Part shown: positions 8,598 to 16,951 of the stretch, in pieces
How positions within the stretch are numbered: position 1 is the stretch's first letter
Layout of the letters: the number at the start of each line of letters is the position of its first letter
Source of the DNA: Planctomycetia bacterium
GTDB lineage: Bacteria; Planctomycetota; JAJSAM01; JAJVHW01
Length of the DNA: 64,000 bases
Reading direction: 5' to 3'
Assembly: GCA_031404455.1 (NCBI GenBank)
Contig: JANNHP010000212.1
Coordinates: 3,419-67,418, forward strand
Translations under genes and position numbers: made by a program
Notes under the pieces: model-generated
Told to the model about the DNA's origin: nothing
Databases searched by the model: none
The model's input: only the letters and a program-made list of their open reading frames with translations

Positions 8598-9638
8598 GTG
8601 ATCCGCTTCGTACGCGGCAACCTGTTCGAGAGCCAGGCGGAGGCTCTCGTGAACACCGTCAATTGCGTCGGTGTCATGGGCAAGGGCATCGCCCATCAGT
8701 TCCAGCGCGCGTACCCCGCGATGTTTGCGGACTACAGCCGCCGCTGTCGCGCGGGGACCGTGCGCCTCGGCGAAGTGACGACGTTTCCCGAGCGCGGGAA
8801 GCTGATCGTGAACTTCCCGACGAAGAACCACTGGAAGGCACGATCGCGGATCGAGGACATCGGGGCGGGCTTGCGCGCGCTCGCCGCGCTGATCACGGAC
8901 GCCCACGTCCGCTCGATCGCGATCCCGCCGCTCGGCTGCGGCAACGGTGGTCTCGACTGGAACGACGTCCGCCCCGTCATCGAACGCGAACTCGGCGCAC
9001 TCGCCGACGTGGAAATCACAGTGTTCGAACCCGTCGGCACGTTCAAGTCCGCGGTCGCGAAGGAACCCCGGGTGTCCCTCGGCCACTTCGTCCTCGCGGC
9101 GCTCGCGACGCACATCCGCAAGAAGCTCGCGCTTCAGAAGGCCTCGTACTTCTTCAACGTGTTCGCCGGCGAGCCGTACTTCAAGTTCACGCAGGCGAAG
9201 TTCGGCCCCTACTTCGTCGGGATGGACCCGATGCTCCAGGAACTCGCCGACTACCGCGACTTCACCAAGTTGGCGCGCGAGCAGATCGTTGAGGACGGCA
9301 TCCAGCGGAAGCTCGCGGGCGCCGACGTCGATCGCCTTCGAAACTGGCTTCCCGTCATCGACCGCACGGTGGACTTCGTTCAGCGACACTCGAACGACAT
9401 TGAGGCGCTCGCGACTGCGCACGCCGTCATCTCGCAGTCCCCGTCGTCGAGCGACGAGCAGGTCGTAACTCGGTTCCTCGCGTGGTCCACCGAGAAGGCG
9501 GAACGGTTCGAACGCGCCGACGTGCTCGCAGCCCTGCGGACTCTGGAGGAGGAGCACCTGGTCGTCCGATCGCTCTACGGCTATCAGGTCGGAACGCCGC
9601 CCCCGCGAACCACCGTCCCCGCATCGACCGACAGTTGA
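8598..9638 (+). CDS. darG: DarG antitoxin (N-terminal macrodomain ADP-ribosylglycohydrolase + C-terminal DarT-binding domain)
   Basis: GTG start. The macrodomain signature is MIRFVRGNLFESQAEALVNTVNCVGVMGKGIA...NFPTKNHW...PPLGCGNGGL. The roughly 200-aa C-terminal helical domain is as in DarG. Confidence 0.85.
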   Translation: MIRFVRGNLFESQAEALVNTVNCVGVMGKGIAHQFQRAYPAMFADYSRRCRAGTVRLGEVTTFPERGKLIVNFPTKNHWKARSRIEDIGAGLRALAALITDAHVRSIAIPPLGCGNGGLDWNDVRPVIERELGALADVEITVFEPVGTFKSAVAKEPRVSLGHFVLAALATHIRKKLALQKASYFFNVFAGEPYFKFTQAKFGPYFVGMDPMLQELADYRDFTKLAREQIVEDGIQRKLAGADVDRLRNWLPVIDRTVDFVQRHSNDIEALATAHAVISQSPSSSDEQVVTRFLAWSTEKAERFERADVLAALRTLEEEHLVVRSLYGYQVGTPPPRTTVPASTDS

Positions 9639-9639
9639 G

Positions 9640-9863
9640 CGTGCCATCTTGGGGATGCGGTGCAAGATGTCGAGCTGCTCGTAGCGCGCGAGAAGGCCCC
9701 GGTGCGAGAGGAGAACCGCGCCTTCAACCGCTCGATCGCGTGGCGCAGTTCGGCGCGGATCCCCGGGGGGCGCGAACTGGATCGGCTTTTCGTCGGCGAT
9801 CCAATGCTCGACCTCGAAGAAGCGGCCCGCCTTGACCGCGGCGACGAGCGGGGCGACGTCCAC
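9640..9863 (-). pseudogene. Possible degraded N-terminal gene remnant (no intact frame)
   Basis: Protein-like, high-GC3 segments VDVAPLVAAVKAGRFFEVEHWIADEKPIQFAPPG, then IRAELRHAIERLKA (other frame), then VLLSHRGLLARYEQLDILHRIPK (first frame). The first frame switch is at the C4G6 run at 9771-9780. There is no stop before it runs antisense into darG. Confidence 0.25.
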
Positions 9864-10003
9864 CGGTGTCCTGCCCGGAGGAGGTGAAGCACCCGTCCAC
9901 GGCGGCGTCGGAGTAGCCTCCTCCGATCTCCCGGGACTCGCGAGCGCGTCGGGCCGGGCGCCGAGCAAGGTCGCGGCGCCTGGGCGCCGCCAGGAGTCCC
10001 CGC

Positions 10004-11008
10004 ATGAAGCGAGTCCTCGTCGTGTTCGGATCCGTGGCGGCGCGGATCCTCCTGCTCCTCCCCGTGCTCGTCGCATTCGGCGCGCTGATGGCGCCCACCG
10101 GCGCAGTGGCGACGGTCCTCGGGACGTTGTTCGCGACCGGCGCGCTCGCGGCGCTCGTCCTCCTCCGGCCGCTCTGGAAGGCCGCGGCCGTGACGCTCGG
10201 CGCGTTCCTCTGCGTGTTCCTCTGGTTCGTGTCGCAGTCGCCGAGGAACGACCGCGACTGGCAGCCGGACGTCTCGCGGGCGTCGCGCGTCGAGCGCAAG
10301 GGCGAGATCGTGACGATCCGGGACGTCCGCGACTTCGACTGGACCGGCGACACGGCGGCGAACCCCCGATGGATCCCGCGGACGTTCGACCTCGCGAAGC
10401 TCGATTCGGTGTGGCTCGCGCTCTCGTACTGGGACGGGAACACCGAGATCTGCCACACGATCCTCAGCTTCGGGTTCACCGACGGGCAGTTCCTTGCGGT
10501 GTCGGTCGAGACGCGCAAGGAGGTCGGCGAGGAGTACTCGACCTGGCGCGGCTTCTTCCACCAGTACGAGATCTTCTACGTGCTCGCCGAGGAGCGCGAC
10601 GTGATCGGCGTGCGCGCCGCGCACCGCGGCGAGGACCTCTACCTCTACCCGCTGCGCGCCGAGCCGGACGCCGAGCGCCGCCTGCTCGAGGACATCCTCG
10701 CCTCGGCGGGAGCGCTCGCGGACACGCCGCAGTGGTACGGCGCGCTCCGCTACAACTGCACCACCACGCTGCAGACGCACGTGGACGCAGCGCTCGGCCG
10801 CCCCGCGCGCTTCCACTGGGACACGGTGCTCAACGGGCACATCGACGAGAAGGCGTGGCGCGACGGCGCGATCGGCGACGTCGCCCGCGGAGACGACCGG
10901 CCCTTCGCCGAGATCCGCGCGCAGCACCGGATCACCGACGCCGCGAAGAAGGCCGCGGGCAGCGCCGACTTCTCGCGCGCCGTCCGCGAGGCGATCCGGC
11001 GACGATGA
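10004..11008 (+). CDS. DUF4105 (Lnb N-terminal periplasmic domain) membrane protein
   Basis: Two to three N-terminal TM helices, then RNDRDWQPDV...IRDVRDFDW...HTILSFGF..G..LAVSVETRKEVGEEYS...YEIFYVLAEERD...YNCTT, matching DUF4105 conserved blocks. Confidence 0.85.
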   Translation: MKRVLVVFGSVAARILLLLPVLVAFGALMAPTGAVATVLGTLFATGALAALVLLRPLWKAAAVTLGAFLCVFLWFVSQSPRNDRDWQPDVSRASRVERKGEIVTIRDVRDFDWTGDTAANPRWIPRTFDLAKLDSVWLALSYWDGNTEICHTILSFGFTDGQFLAVSVETRKEVGEEYSTWRGFFHQYEIFYVLAEERDVIGVRAAHRGEDLYLYPLRAEPDAERRLLEDILASAGALADTPQWYGALRYNCTTTLQTHVDAALGRPARFHWDTVLNGHIDEKAWRDGAIGDVARGDDRPFAEIRAQHRITDAAKKAAGSADFSRAVREAIRRR

Positions 11009-11045
11009 CGCGCGTCGTCGGCCCCCTCCGGGGCGGGAGGTGTCC

Positions 11046-12521
11046 GTGACCGAGCCGCTGAACGAACCATCACGCTTCGCGCGGCGGTCGCGCTCCGTCC
11101 TGCTCGTCGCGGCGCTCGTCCTTCCCGGCTGCGGCTCCAGCGGGTTCCGGCCGTTGCGCGCTCTCGACGGAGAAGCCACGACCCGCATCACCGAGGAGGA
11201 GTTGTCCGAACGCCTCGACCGGTTCTCCGAGTTCTACGCCCAGTCGATCACCGAAGGCGTGCGGGCGGTCTCGGAAGGAGACCAGGACCCGGTCCTCAGG
11301 CGAGAGGCCCTCGTCTGGCAGATCCAGTCGATCCGCACGTGCAGGAACAGCGTTCTCGCCGTCGACCCGCAGGTCGCGTTCACCGACGTCTGGGCGCTCT
11401 GCGTGCAGCAGCGGGAGTTCGTCACCTCGGAGGCGTTCGCGACGCGATTCGGCGCGCGGGGGAAACCGCTCGTCGGAGCGTCGAAGGCCATCGAAGCCGA
11501 GATCGCGCTCATCGGTGCGAGCTTCCTGAAGCCCGCCGAGCTCGAGCACGCCCGCACCGACGTGGAGGCGTTCGCGCGAGCGAACCCGATCCGCGACGGC
11601 TTCGCGCGCGCAGCTCCCCTGCCGTCCACGGCCGGGACGTCCGCTGCGCAGCAACTGTCCTGGGTGACTGCCGTCCCGATGGCACCGTTCCGCTTCGTGA
11701 CCGGGATCGACGAGGGCGCCGCGGCCATCCGTCACTTCGCCGGTGTGGCGGAGCGCTTCTCGCGGCGCATCGACTCCCTTCCGCAGGAGACGCTCTGGGA
11801 GATGCAACTCCTCCTCTACGACGTCGAACAGCTCTCCGCCGTGCAGCGGACCGTCGGGAGTCTCGAGTCGGCCGCCCGCACGGGCGAGTCGTTCGCCGTG
11901 ACCGCGCGCGAGTTCGAGGCGACCGCCGACCGCCTCGCGACGACCGCCGCGGACATGCCTGCCCAGCTCAGGAAGCAAGCCGACGCGCTCCTCGCGGACA
12001 TCGACGCCCGCCAGGGCGAGCTCCGCAAGACGCTCGAGGTCGTGCGCGCCGCTCTCGCCGACGCCCAGGGTCTCGCCGACAGGTCGGACGCCGCCATCCG
12101 CGACGCGACGGCGGCGGGAGAGGGATTCGACGCGACGGCGAAGTCGGTCGGCGAGGCGGCGCGCTCGCTCGAGGGCGCCGTCCAGGCCTACCAGGCGATG
12201 ATGCGCGAGATCCACCCGCCGGGCGCGCCCGAGAAGCCGCGCGATCCCGGCGAGCGCCCGTTCGACATCCTCGACTGGCAGCACACGGCCGATTCCATCG
12301 CGAAGGCCGCGGCGGAGCTCCGCGGCGTGCTCGGCGAGATCCGCACGGTCGCGACGGACAAGAGCGTCGCCGCCTCCGCGGCCGCAGTCGCAGCGAACGC
12401 TCGCGCCGAGGCCGATGCGACCATCGACCACGCGTTCGTGCGGGCACTCCAGCTCGCCGCCGCGATCGCGGTCCTCGTCGTCGTCCTGCGCTTCGTCCGT
12501 CCGCGCCGCGCGGCGTCCTGA
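11046..12521 (+). CDS. Lipoprotein with long coiled/helical region and C-terminal TM anchor (unknown family)
   Basis: Lipobox LVLPGC. GTG 11046 has GGGAGG 5 nt upstream; the alternative GTG at 11040 abuts the SD. The Ala/Glu/Arg-rich helical body ends in the hydrophobic segment LQLAAAIAVLVVVL. Confidence 0.75.
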   Translation: MTEPLNEPSRFARRSRSVLLVAALVLPGCGSSGFRPLRALDGEATTRITEEELSERLDRFSEFYAQSITEGVRAVSEGDQDPVLRREALVWQIQSIRTCRNSVLAVDPQVAFTDVWALCVQQREFVTSEAFATRFGARGKPLVGASKAIEAEIALIGASFLKPAELEHARTDVEAFARANPIRDGFARAAPLPSTAGTSAAQQLSWVTAVPMAPFRFVTGIDEGAAAIRHFAGVAERFSRRIDSLPQETLWEMQLLLYDVEQLSAVQRTVGSLESAARTGESFAVTAREFEATADRLATTAADMPAQLRKQADALLADIDARQGELRKTLEVVRAALADAQGLADRSDAAIRDATAAGEGFDATAKSVGEAARSLEGAVQAYQAMMREIHPPGAPEKPRDPGERPFDILDWQHTADSIAKAAAELRGVLGEIRTVATDKSVAASAAAVAANARAEADATIDHAFVRALQLAAAIAVLVVVLRFVRPRRAAS

Positions 12522-12643
12522 GACGGGCAGAGTCCGAGCCAGCTCGCGGGACTCGCGAACCGCGGACGACTCAGCGGCCCTCACCGGCCGTCCGTCGCGC
12601 GGACGAGAACGGGCCCCCATCAGAGGGGCGCCGACGGTCGCCT

Positions 12644-12668
12644 CGAGACCGTCCGCAGGACGGTCTCG
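12644..12668. terminator. GC-rich hairpin (11-bp stem, 3-nt loop) in convergent intergenic region
   Basis: CGAGACCGTCC-GCA-GGACGGTCTCG, read directly. It lies between converging genes ending at 12521 (+) and 12767 (-). No U-tract. Confidence 0.4.
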
Positions 12669-12719
12669 TACGGACCGGCGCCCAAGGTCGCGCGCACGAA
12701 GACGTCCGAAGGCCTTCTA

Positions 12720-12770
12720 CTGAAAGCTCGTGGAGAAGCCGCGCATCGCGGTTTCTCCACGAGCTTTCAG
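12720..12770. terminator. Long near-perfect hairpin (about 23 bp, 3-nt loop) overlapping the stop of the DUF4239 gene
   Basis: CTGAAAGCTCGTGGAGAAGCCGCG-CAT-CGCGGTTTCTCCACGAGCTTTCAG. The outer 18 bp are perfect and the inner stem has 5 more pairs plus one G-T. It sits between convergent genes. Confidence 0.5.
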
Positions 12771-13555
12771 CGCTTCATGAGCTGGTCGTAGACGAGCTGG
12801 TACGGATCCGGCCGCACCGCGAGGTCGCCACGGAACGGGCGGTCGAGCGAGAGGATCATGAAGATCACGAGACCCATGAACGTCGCGAGGAGCGTCACGA
12901 GGATGCCGTGCAGGCGCGCGTCCTCGACCTTGAAGAAGAAGGACGCGGAGAGGCTGATGAGCGCCCCGGCGAGGATCACCGCCCACATCACGACCGGCAG
13001 ACCGGTCCCCACCGCGTCGAGCCGCAGCCGGCGGGCCACGATCATGGTGTTGTAGGCACGCAGCGTCTCCGCGTGCAGCAGCTTCTGCCCCTCGGTCGCC
13101 GGCTCGAAGGCGATCAGCGTCGTCTGGAACCGGTTCATGAACTCGACGCCGCGGCGCGGGACCTCGCCGCGCTGCTGCGTCGGCCAGGCCTCGTGGATCA
13201 CGTAGTCGGCGTAGCTGCGAAGTTCCTCCTGCAAGACCGGCCGGATCGGCTCCGGATAGCCGCTCACGTCGCGGTAGAGCGCCGCCAGAGACGTCGCCTC
13301 CCCCGAGACGATCTTCGAGACGTCGGAGTAGGTCTGGAAGACGGTCACCGCGATCAGCGCCACGGCGAGGCCGTAGAAGACCATCACGCTCTGCACCATC
13401 GCGCCGCTGAACTCGGAGTCCTCGACGTGGATGCGCAGGCGCGGCAGGACCCGGCGCCGGACGAAGAGGAGTCCCGTCACGCCGAAGAGGCACAGAGCCG
13501 CGATGATCGCCGGCCCCATCACCGCGAGGGGGACGTCGAAGAGCGACTCAGACAT
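12767..13555 (-). CDS. DUF4239 (bestrophin-like) membrane protein, copy 1
   Basis: N-terminal TM, central EATSLAALYRDVSGYPEPIRPVLQEELRSYADYVIHEAWP block and two C-terminal TMs. It is a paralog of 36982..37743. Confidence 0.85.
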   Translation of the reverse strand: MSESLFDVPLAVMGPAIIAALCLFGVTGLLFVRRRVLPRLRIHVEDSEFSGAMVQSVMVFYGLAVALIAVTVFQTYSDVSKIVSGEATSLAALYRDVSGYPEPIRPVLQEELRSYADYVIHEAWPTQQRGEVPRRGVEFMNRFQTTLIAFEPATEGQKLLHAETLRAYNTMIVARRLRLDAVGTGLPVVMWAVILAGALISLSASFFFKVEDARLHGILVTLLATFMGLVIFMILSLDRPFRGDLAVRPDPYQLVYDQLMKR

Positions 13556-13573
13556 GGCGCACCCGCGCGGCGA

Positions 13574-13990
13574 TCAGGACGGCTCCGCCTGGATCTCCGT
13601 CGCGGCCTGGGCGATCGCGAACGCCCAGCCCGGCGGAGAGAGCTTCGGCACCTTCAGCTCGGCCGAAAGGCGGCTGAACTCTCCGTCGTCGAGCCAGATG
13701 CCGGCGCACTTCCCGCACTGGTCGACCTCGACCGAGTTCGCCTCGGAGAACCAGCGCCGGACGAGGACCTGCCCTGAGCAGCGGGGGCAGTTCCGGGTTC
13801 CCGCGGCGGGCGCAGCGACGTGGCCGAGCTGCCGGACGGTGTGCAGCGTCGCGGCGGCGCGGGCGTCCACGCGCTGGAGTTCCGTCGCGTCGAACCAGAT
13901 CCCGCCGCAGCCGCCGTGGCAGATGTCCACCGTCATGCCGGCGACGTTCTTCTCTCGGAGCGGCTTCTGGCAAGCGGGGCACTTGATCAT
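13574..13990 (-). CDS. Tandem TFIIB-type zinc-ribbon protein (zf-TFIIB / PF13453-like)
   Basis: Start MIKCPACQ at ATG 13988-13990. It has two copies of CPxC...(V)D.C..CgGIW(F/L)D..E(L/F).R(V/L). The upstream part of the listed ORF is Arg-rich shadow. Confidence 0.8.
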   Translation of the reverse strand: MIKCPACQKPLREKNVAGMTVDICHGGCGGIWFDATELQRVDARAAATLHTVRQLGHVAAPAAGTRNCPRCSGQVLVRRWFSEANSVEVDQCGKCAGIWLDDGEFSRLSAELKVPKLSPPGWAFAIAQAATEIQAEPS

Positions 13991-14081
13991 GGGTGTGCGG
14001 CTCCGGCCGCGGTGACCGCGCGATGCTATCTCCGCCGATCGTGCCGGAGCAAGGGCGCCCTCCCGGCGAGCCGAGCGACGA

Positions 14082-15950
14082 CTATTTCCCCTGCGGCTGG
14101 GCCGGTGCAGGCGCCGGCGCGGCGCGCGCGCCGAGATGTTCACGCAGGATGCGGCGCACCTCGGCGACGGTCGCTGGGTTGCCTTGCAGCGAGTGCTCGT
14201 CGCGCACGACGAGCTCGGTCCCGCGGTCGATGTGTGCGCTCGAATAGGACACGACTCCGTCGTCGGCGTCCTCGAGCGGGCCGTCGTTCTTCGCTCCGAC
14301 GATCGAGTGGATGACGACGTTCGGGGCGATGGGCAGTTCGTTGAGGGCGGTGTTGAACGGACTCCCGGGATCCATGTTGTCCACGCTGGTCGGCAGCCTG
14401 AACTCCTCGGTCCTGCCCAGCAGCGTCTCCATCCCCTTCGTCGTCAGGGACGTTCCGAGGTCCATCACCTTGCCGGGGATCGACGCGAACTGGCGGCCGA
14501 GCCAGCCGACGATTCCCTCGGCGAGGAAGCTGCCGCGGTGAGGCGTGCAGATGAACACGACCCGCGTGACCGCGGGGAGCGGCTCGAAGAAGACGACGCG
14601 CTGCATCATCTTGCGCGTGTCCGGGTCGAGGTCGACGTCTTCGAACTTCTTGTCGGTCGTGAGGTTCCGCCAGAAGCGGTCGCCGGACGAGGTCACGAGC
14701 AGTTGGGTGAGGAGTCCGCCCTGGCTGTGACCGACGACCACCATGTCGGAGAGCGCGGCGTCGGTCCCCTCCGGATCGAAGTTCGTCACCGCGGTCGTCA
14801 GCGCATCGCGCAGGTCGGCCGCGGGCGCCAGGATCGGTCCGCCCGAGGAGTAGATGAAGAGCCAGAACTGGCACCCCTTGCGGATCTCCGGATCGCGGTA
14901 CATCTCGTTCAGGAGCTCCGCCCAGCGCGTGGGCGAGGATCCCGTCCCATGGACGAGCACGACCGGGACCTTCCCGGGCTGGTACGGCCCGAGCATGAGG
15001 AGGCCGTTCTTGAACGAGGTCTTACCGCCCATGAACCCGGCGTTCTCGAAGCTGAGGAATCCCTCGTCGCCGAGCGACGCCGCGAGCACCGTCGTCGCGT
15101 CGATCTCGATCGGCACGCGGCGTCCGCGGATGTCGACGTCGAGGCGGCCGGTGTACGGCGACACGATCTCGATCGTCGCGTCGAGCCCCTTCGATGAGAG
15201 GTCGGCGAACTCGCCCTGCACCTGGAGCACCGCGGTCGCCGCGGCGCACATCTTGGGCGGGAAGTACTGCGACGACTTCGAATGCTCGGTCTCGACCACT
15301 TCGCCGCGCGCGAGGAGCGGCGCACCGATCCCGGACGAGCGCACGCGCCCGCGGACCCCGCGGACGAGGAACTCGTTCGCCGGTTCGAACCGCTCGAAGT
15401 GCACCCCTCCCACCGCGAACTCGCCGCCGATGCGACGCACCCGGAGCTCGCCGACCGGAAGCCGCCGCGTGCCCTGCGACGGGACGAAGTCGCGGTTCTC
15501 GCCCACCGCGAACCCGCGCGCGAGTCCGGTCGAGTAGATGTCGCAGGCCCAGCGGAACCGCGCGTCGAAGGCGGAGGGCGGCGGCCGGTCCGCCTCGCCG
15601 ACGAGGAAGAGGTACGCGTACACGCTCGCGGCGAGGCACCGGTCCGGATCGCGCATCTGGATCCCGCGCTCGAGCGACAGTTCCGCGAGCGCGAAGAGCG
15701 TGTCGCGCGTGTCGGTCGTCTCGGCGAGCGTGTGCAGGCGGGCGAGCGCCTCGTTGGGCGAGCTCTCGTACAGAGATTCCAGGTCGGCGGCCTGCAGCAC
15801 GAGCCGCGAGGCGAAGCTCGTCTCGCCGGATCCGAGATACGTGTGGTTCAGTTCGCGGTACGGCTTCAGGTCCTCGCGCCGATCCACGGCGAGCGGCGCG
15901 GCGCAGCCCGCGACGAGGAGGATGGACGCCAGGAGCGCGGACTTCACCAT
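14082..15950 (-). CDS. Lipoprotein alpha/beta-hydrolase (lipase/esterase-like)
   Basis: Lipobox LLVAGC. Nucleophile elbow VVGHSQGG, plus VLVHGTGSS oxyanion region and a late DDGVV...H motif. 622 aa. Confidence 0.85.
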   Translation of the reverse strand: MVKSALLASILLVAGCAAPLAVDRREDLKPYRELNHTYLGSGETSFASRLVLQAADLESLYESSPNEALARLHTLAETTDTRDTLFALAELSLERGIQMRDPDRCLAASVYAYLFLVGEADRPPPSAFDARFRWACDIYSTGLARGFAVGENRDFVPSQGTRRLPVGELRVRRIGGEFAVGGVHFERFEPANEFLVRGVRGRVRSSGIGAPLLARGEVVETEHSKSSQYFPPKMCAAATAVLQVQGEFADLSSKGLDATIEIVSPYTGRLDVDIRGRRVPIEIDATTVLAASLGDEGFLSFENAGFMGGKTSFKNGLLMLGPYQPGKVPVVLVHGTGSSPTRWAELLNEMYRDPEIRKGCQFWLFIYSSGGPILAPAADLRDALTTAVTNFDPEGTDAALSDMVVVGHSQGGLLTQLLVTSSGDRFWRNLTTDKKFEDVDLDPDTRKMMQRVVFFEPLPAVTRVVFICTPHRGSFLAEGIVGWLGRQFASIPGKVMDLGTSLTTKGMETLLGRTEEFRLPTSVDNMDPGSPFNTALNELPIAPNVVIHSIVGAKNDGPLEDADDGVVSYSSAHIDRGTELVVRDEHSLQGNPATVAEVRRILREHLGARAAPAPAPAQPQGK

Positions 15951-15978
15951 GGCGACGGCCCTCCGTTGTCTCGCAGCT

Positions 15979-16929
15979 TCAGTCCGACGTCGGTGTCCAC
16001 GAGTCGTCGGGGTCGTACGCGGTGATCGCCGCGACGAGCGACGCCGTGTCCGCTCCGAGGTCCTTCTGGAACACGACGCCCTGCCGGTTGATGACGAACG
16101 TCATCACGCCCGAACTGCCGTGCTTCGCGGGCCACGCGACGAGCGCGAAGCCGCCGGTCAGGAGTCCGTTCCCGTCGAGATAGCTCTTCGCCCCGCCCGG
16201 CGCCGAGGCGCCCTGCGACGTCAGGAGGCGGTAGTGGTAGCCGTGGAACGTGCCCTTGCCCGGCTCGCTCCGCTCGTAACCTTCGGCCGCAGCGGCGGCG
16301 ATCTCGGGCCCGAACGGGCTCTGCGGCTGACCCTGCGCGACCGGCCAGTAGAGTCCGTCGTGCTTCCCGTCGCTGCTGAAGAGCTTCTGCGCGAACGCCC
16401 GCGGGTTGCCGTCGCGACCCTCGGCGGCGTACTCGCGCTGCGCGTCGACGAACTCGTGGAGCGTCGCGATCGTGTGGAGCTCGTTCCGCCCGATGCGGCG
16501 ACGGTGGATCTCGTCCTGGCCCGCGGCGACGTCGAACCGCCAGCCGTCCGCGCCCTTGACGAGCGGGACCGGGAAGGGGAAGCCGTCCTTGCCGAGCCGC
16601 GCGATCTTGGCGCCCTCCGCGAGGTCGTCGAACGCCACCTTCTCCAGGATCGCGGCCTTCACCTGCTCCGCGGCGTTCCTGTCCGCGACGTCGTCGCCGG
16701 AGCGCAGGAGCGCGACGCCGTCCGCGCCGAAAATCTGCTCGACCCGCTTCGTGTCGCCCGTCCCGACGACGGCAGCGAGGGCCTGCACGGCCTCCTCGGG
16801 CGTCGCGAACGCGATCTCCGGGACCGCCGTGGGGGCGCGCGCCGCCGGCGAGCCGCACGACGTGAGGAGGAGAGATCCGCCGGCGAGTGCCAGGCATAGA
16901 GCGAGAGTCGTCCATCGATGGGTGCGCAT
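15979..16929 (-). CDS. DUF2950 domain lipoprotein
   Basis: Start MRTHRWTTLALCLALAGGSLLLTSC at ATG 16927-16929. Contains FHGYHYRLLTSQG..APGGAKSY...GGFALVAWPAKHGSSGVMTFVINRQGVVFQKDLG, the DUF2950 signature. Confidence 0.85.
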   Translation of the reverse strand: MRTHRWTTLALCLALAGGSLLLTSCGSPAARAPTAVPEIAFATPEEAVQALAAVVGTGDTKRVEQIFGADGVALLRSGDDVADRNAAEQVKAAILEKVAFDDLAEGAKIARLGKDGFPFPVPLVKGADGWRFDVAAGQDEIHRRRIGRNELHTIATLHEFVDAQREYAAEGRDGNPRAFAQKLFSSDGKHDGLYWPVAQGQPQSPFGPEIAAAAAEGYERSEPGKGTFHGYHYRLLTSQGASAPGGAKSYLDGNGLLTGGFALVAWPAKHGSSGVMTFVINRQGVVFQKDLGADTASLVAAITAYDPDDSWTPTSD

Positions 16930-16951
16930 TGAAATGCTCCTGTTCACAGGT

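Noticed and set aside
7282-9870. Integrative genomic island at tRNA-Gly (mobile element call)
   Set aside because: There is no integrase, recombinase or transposase. By eye I found no direct repeat of the tRNA 3' end (GGTTCGATCCCCTTCGCCCGCTCCA) near 9600-10000. I therefore report it only as a possible islet in the findings, not as a mobile element.
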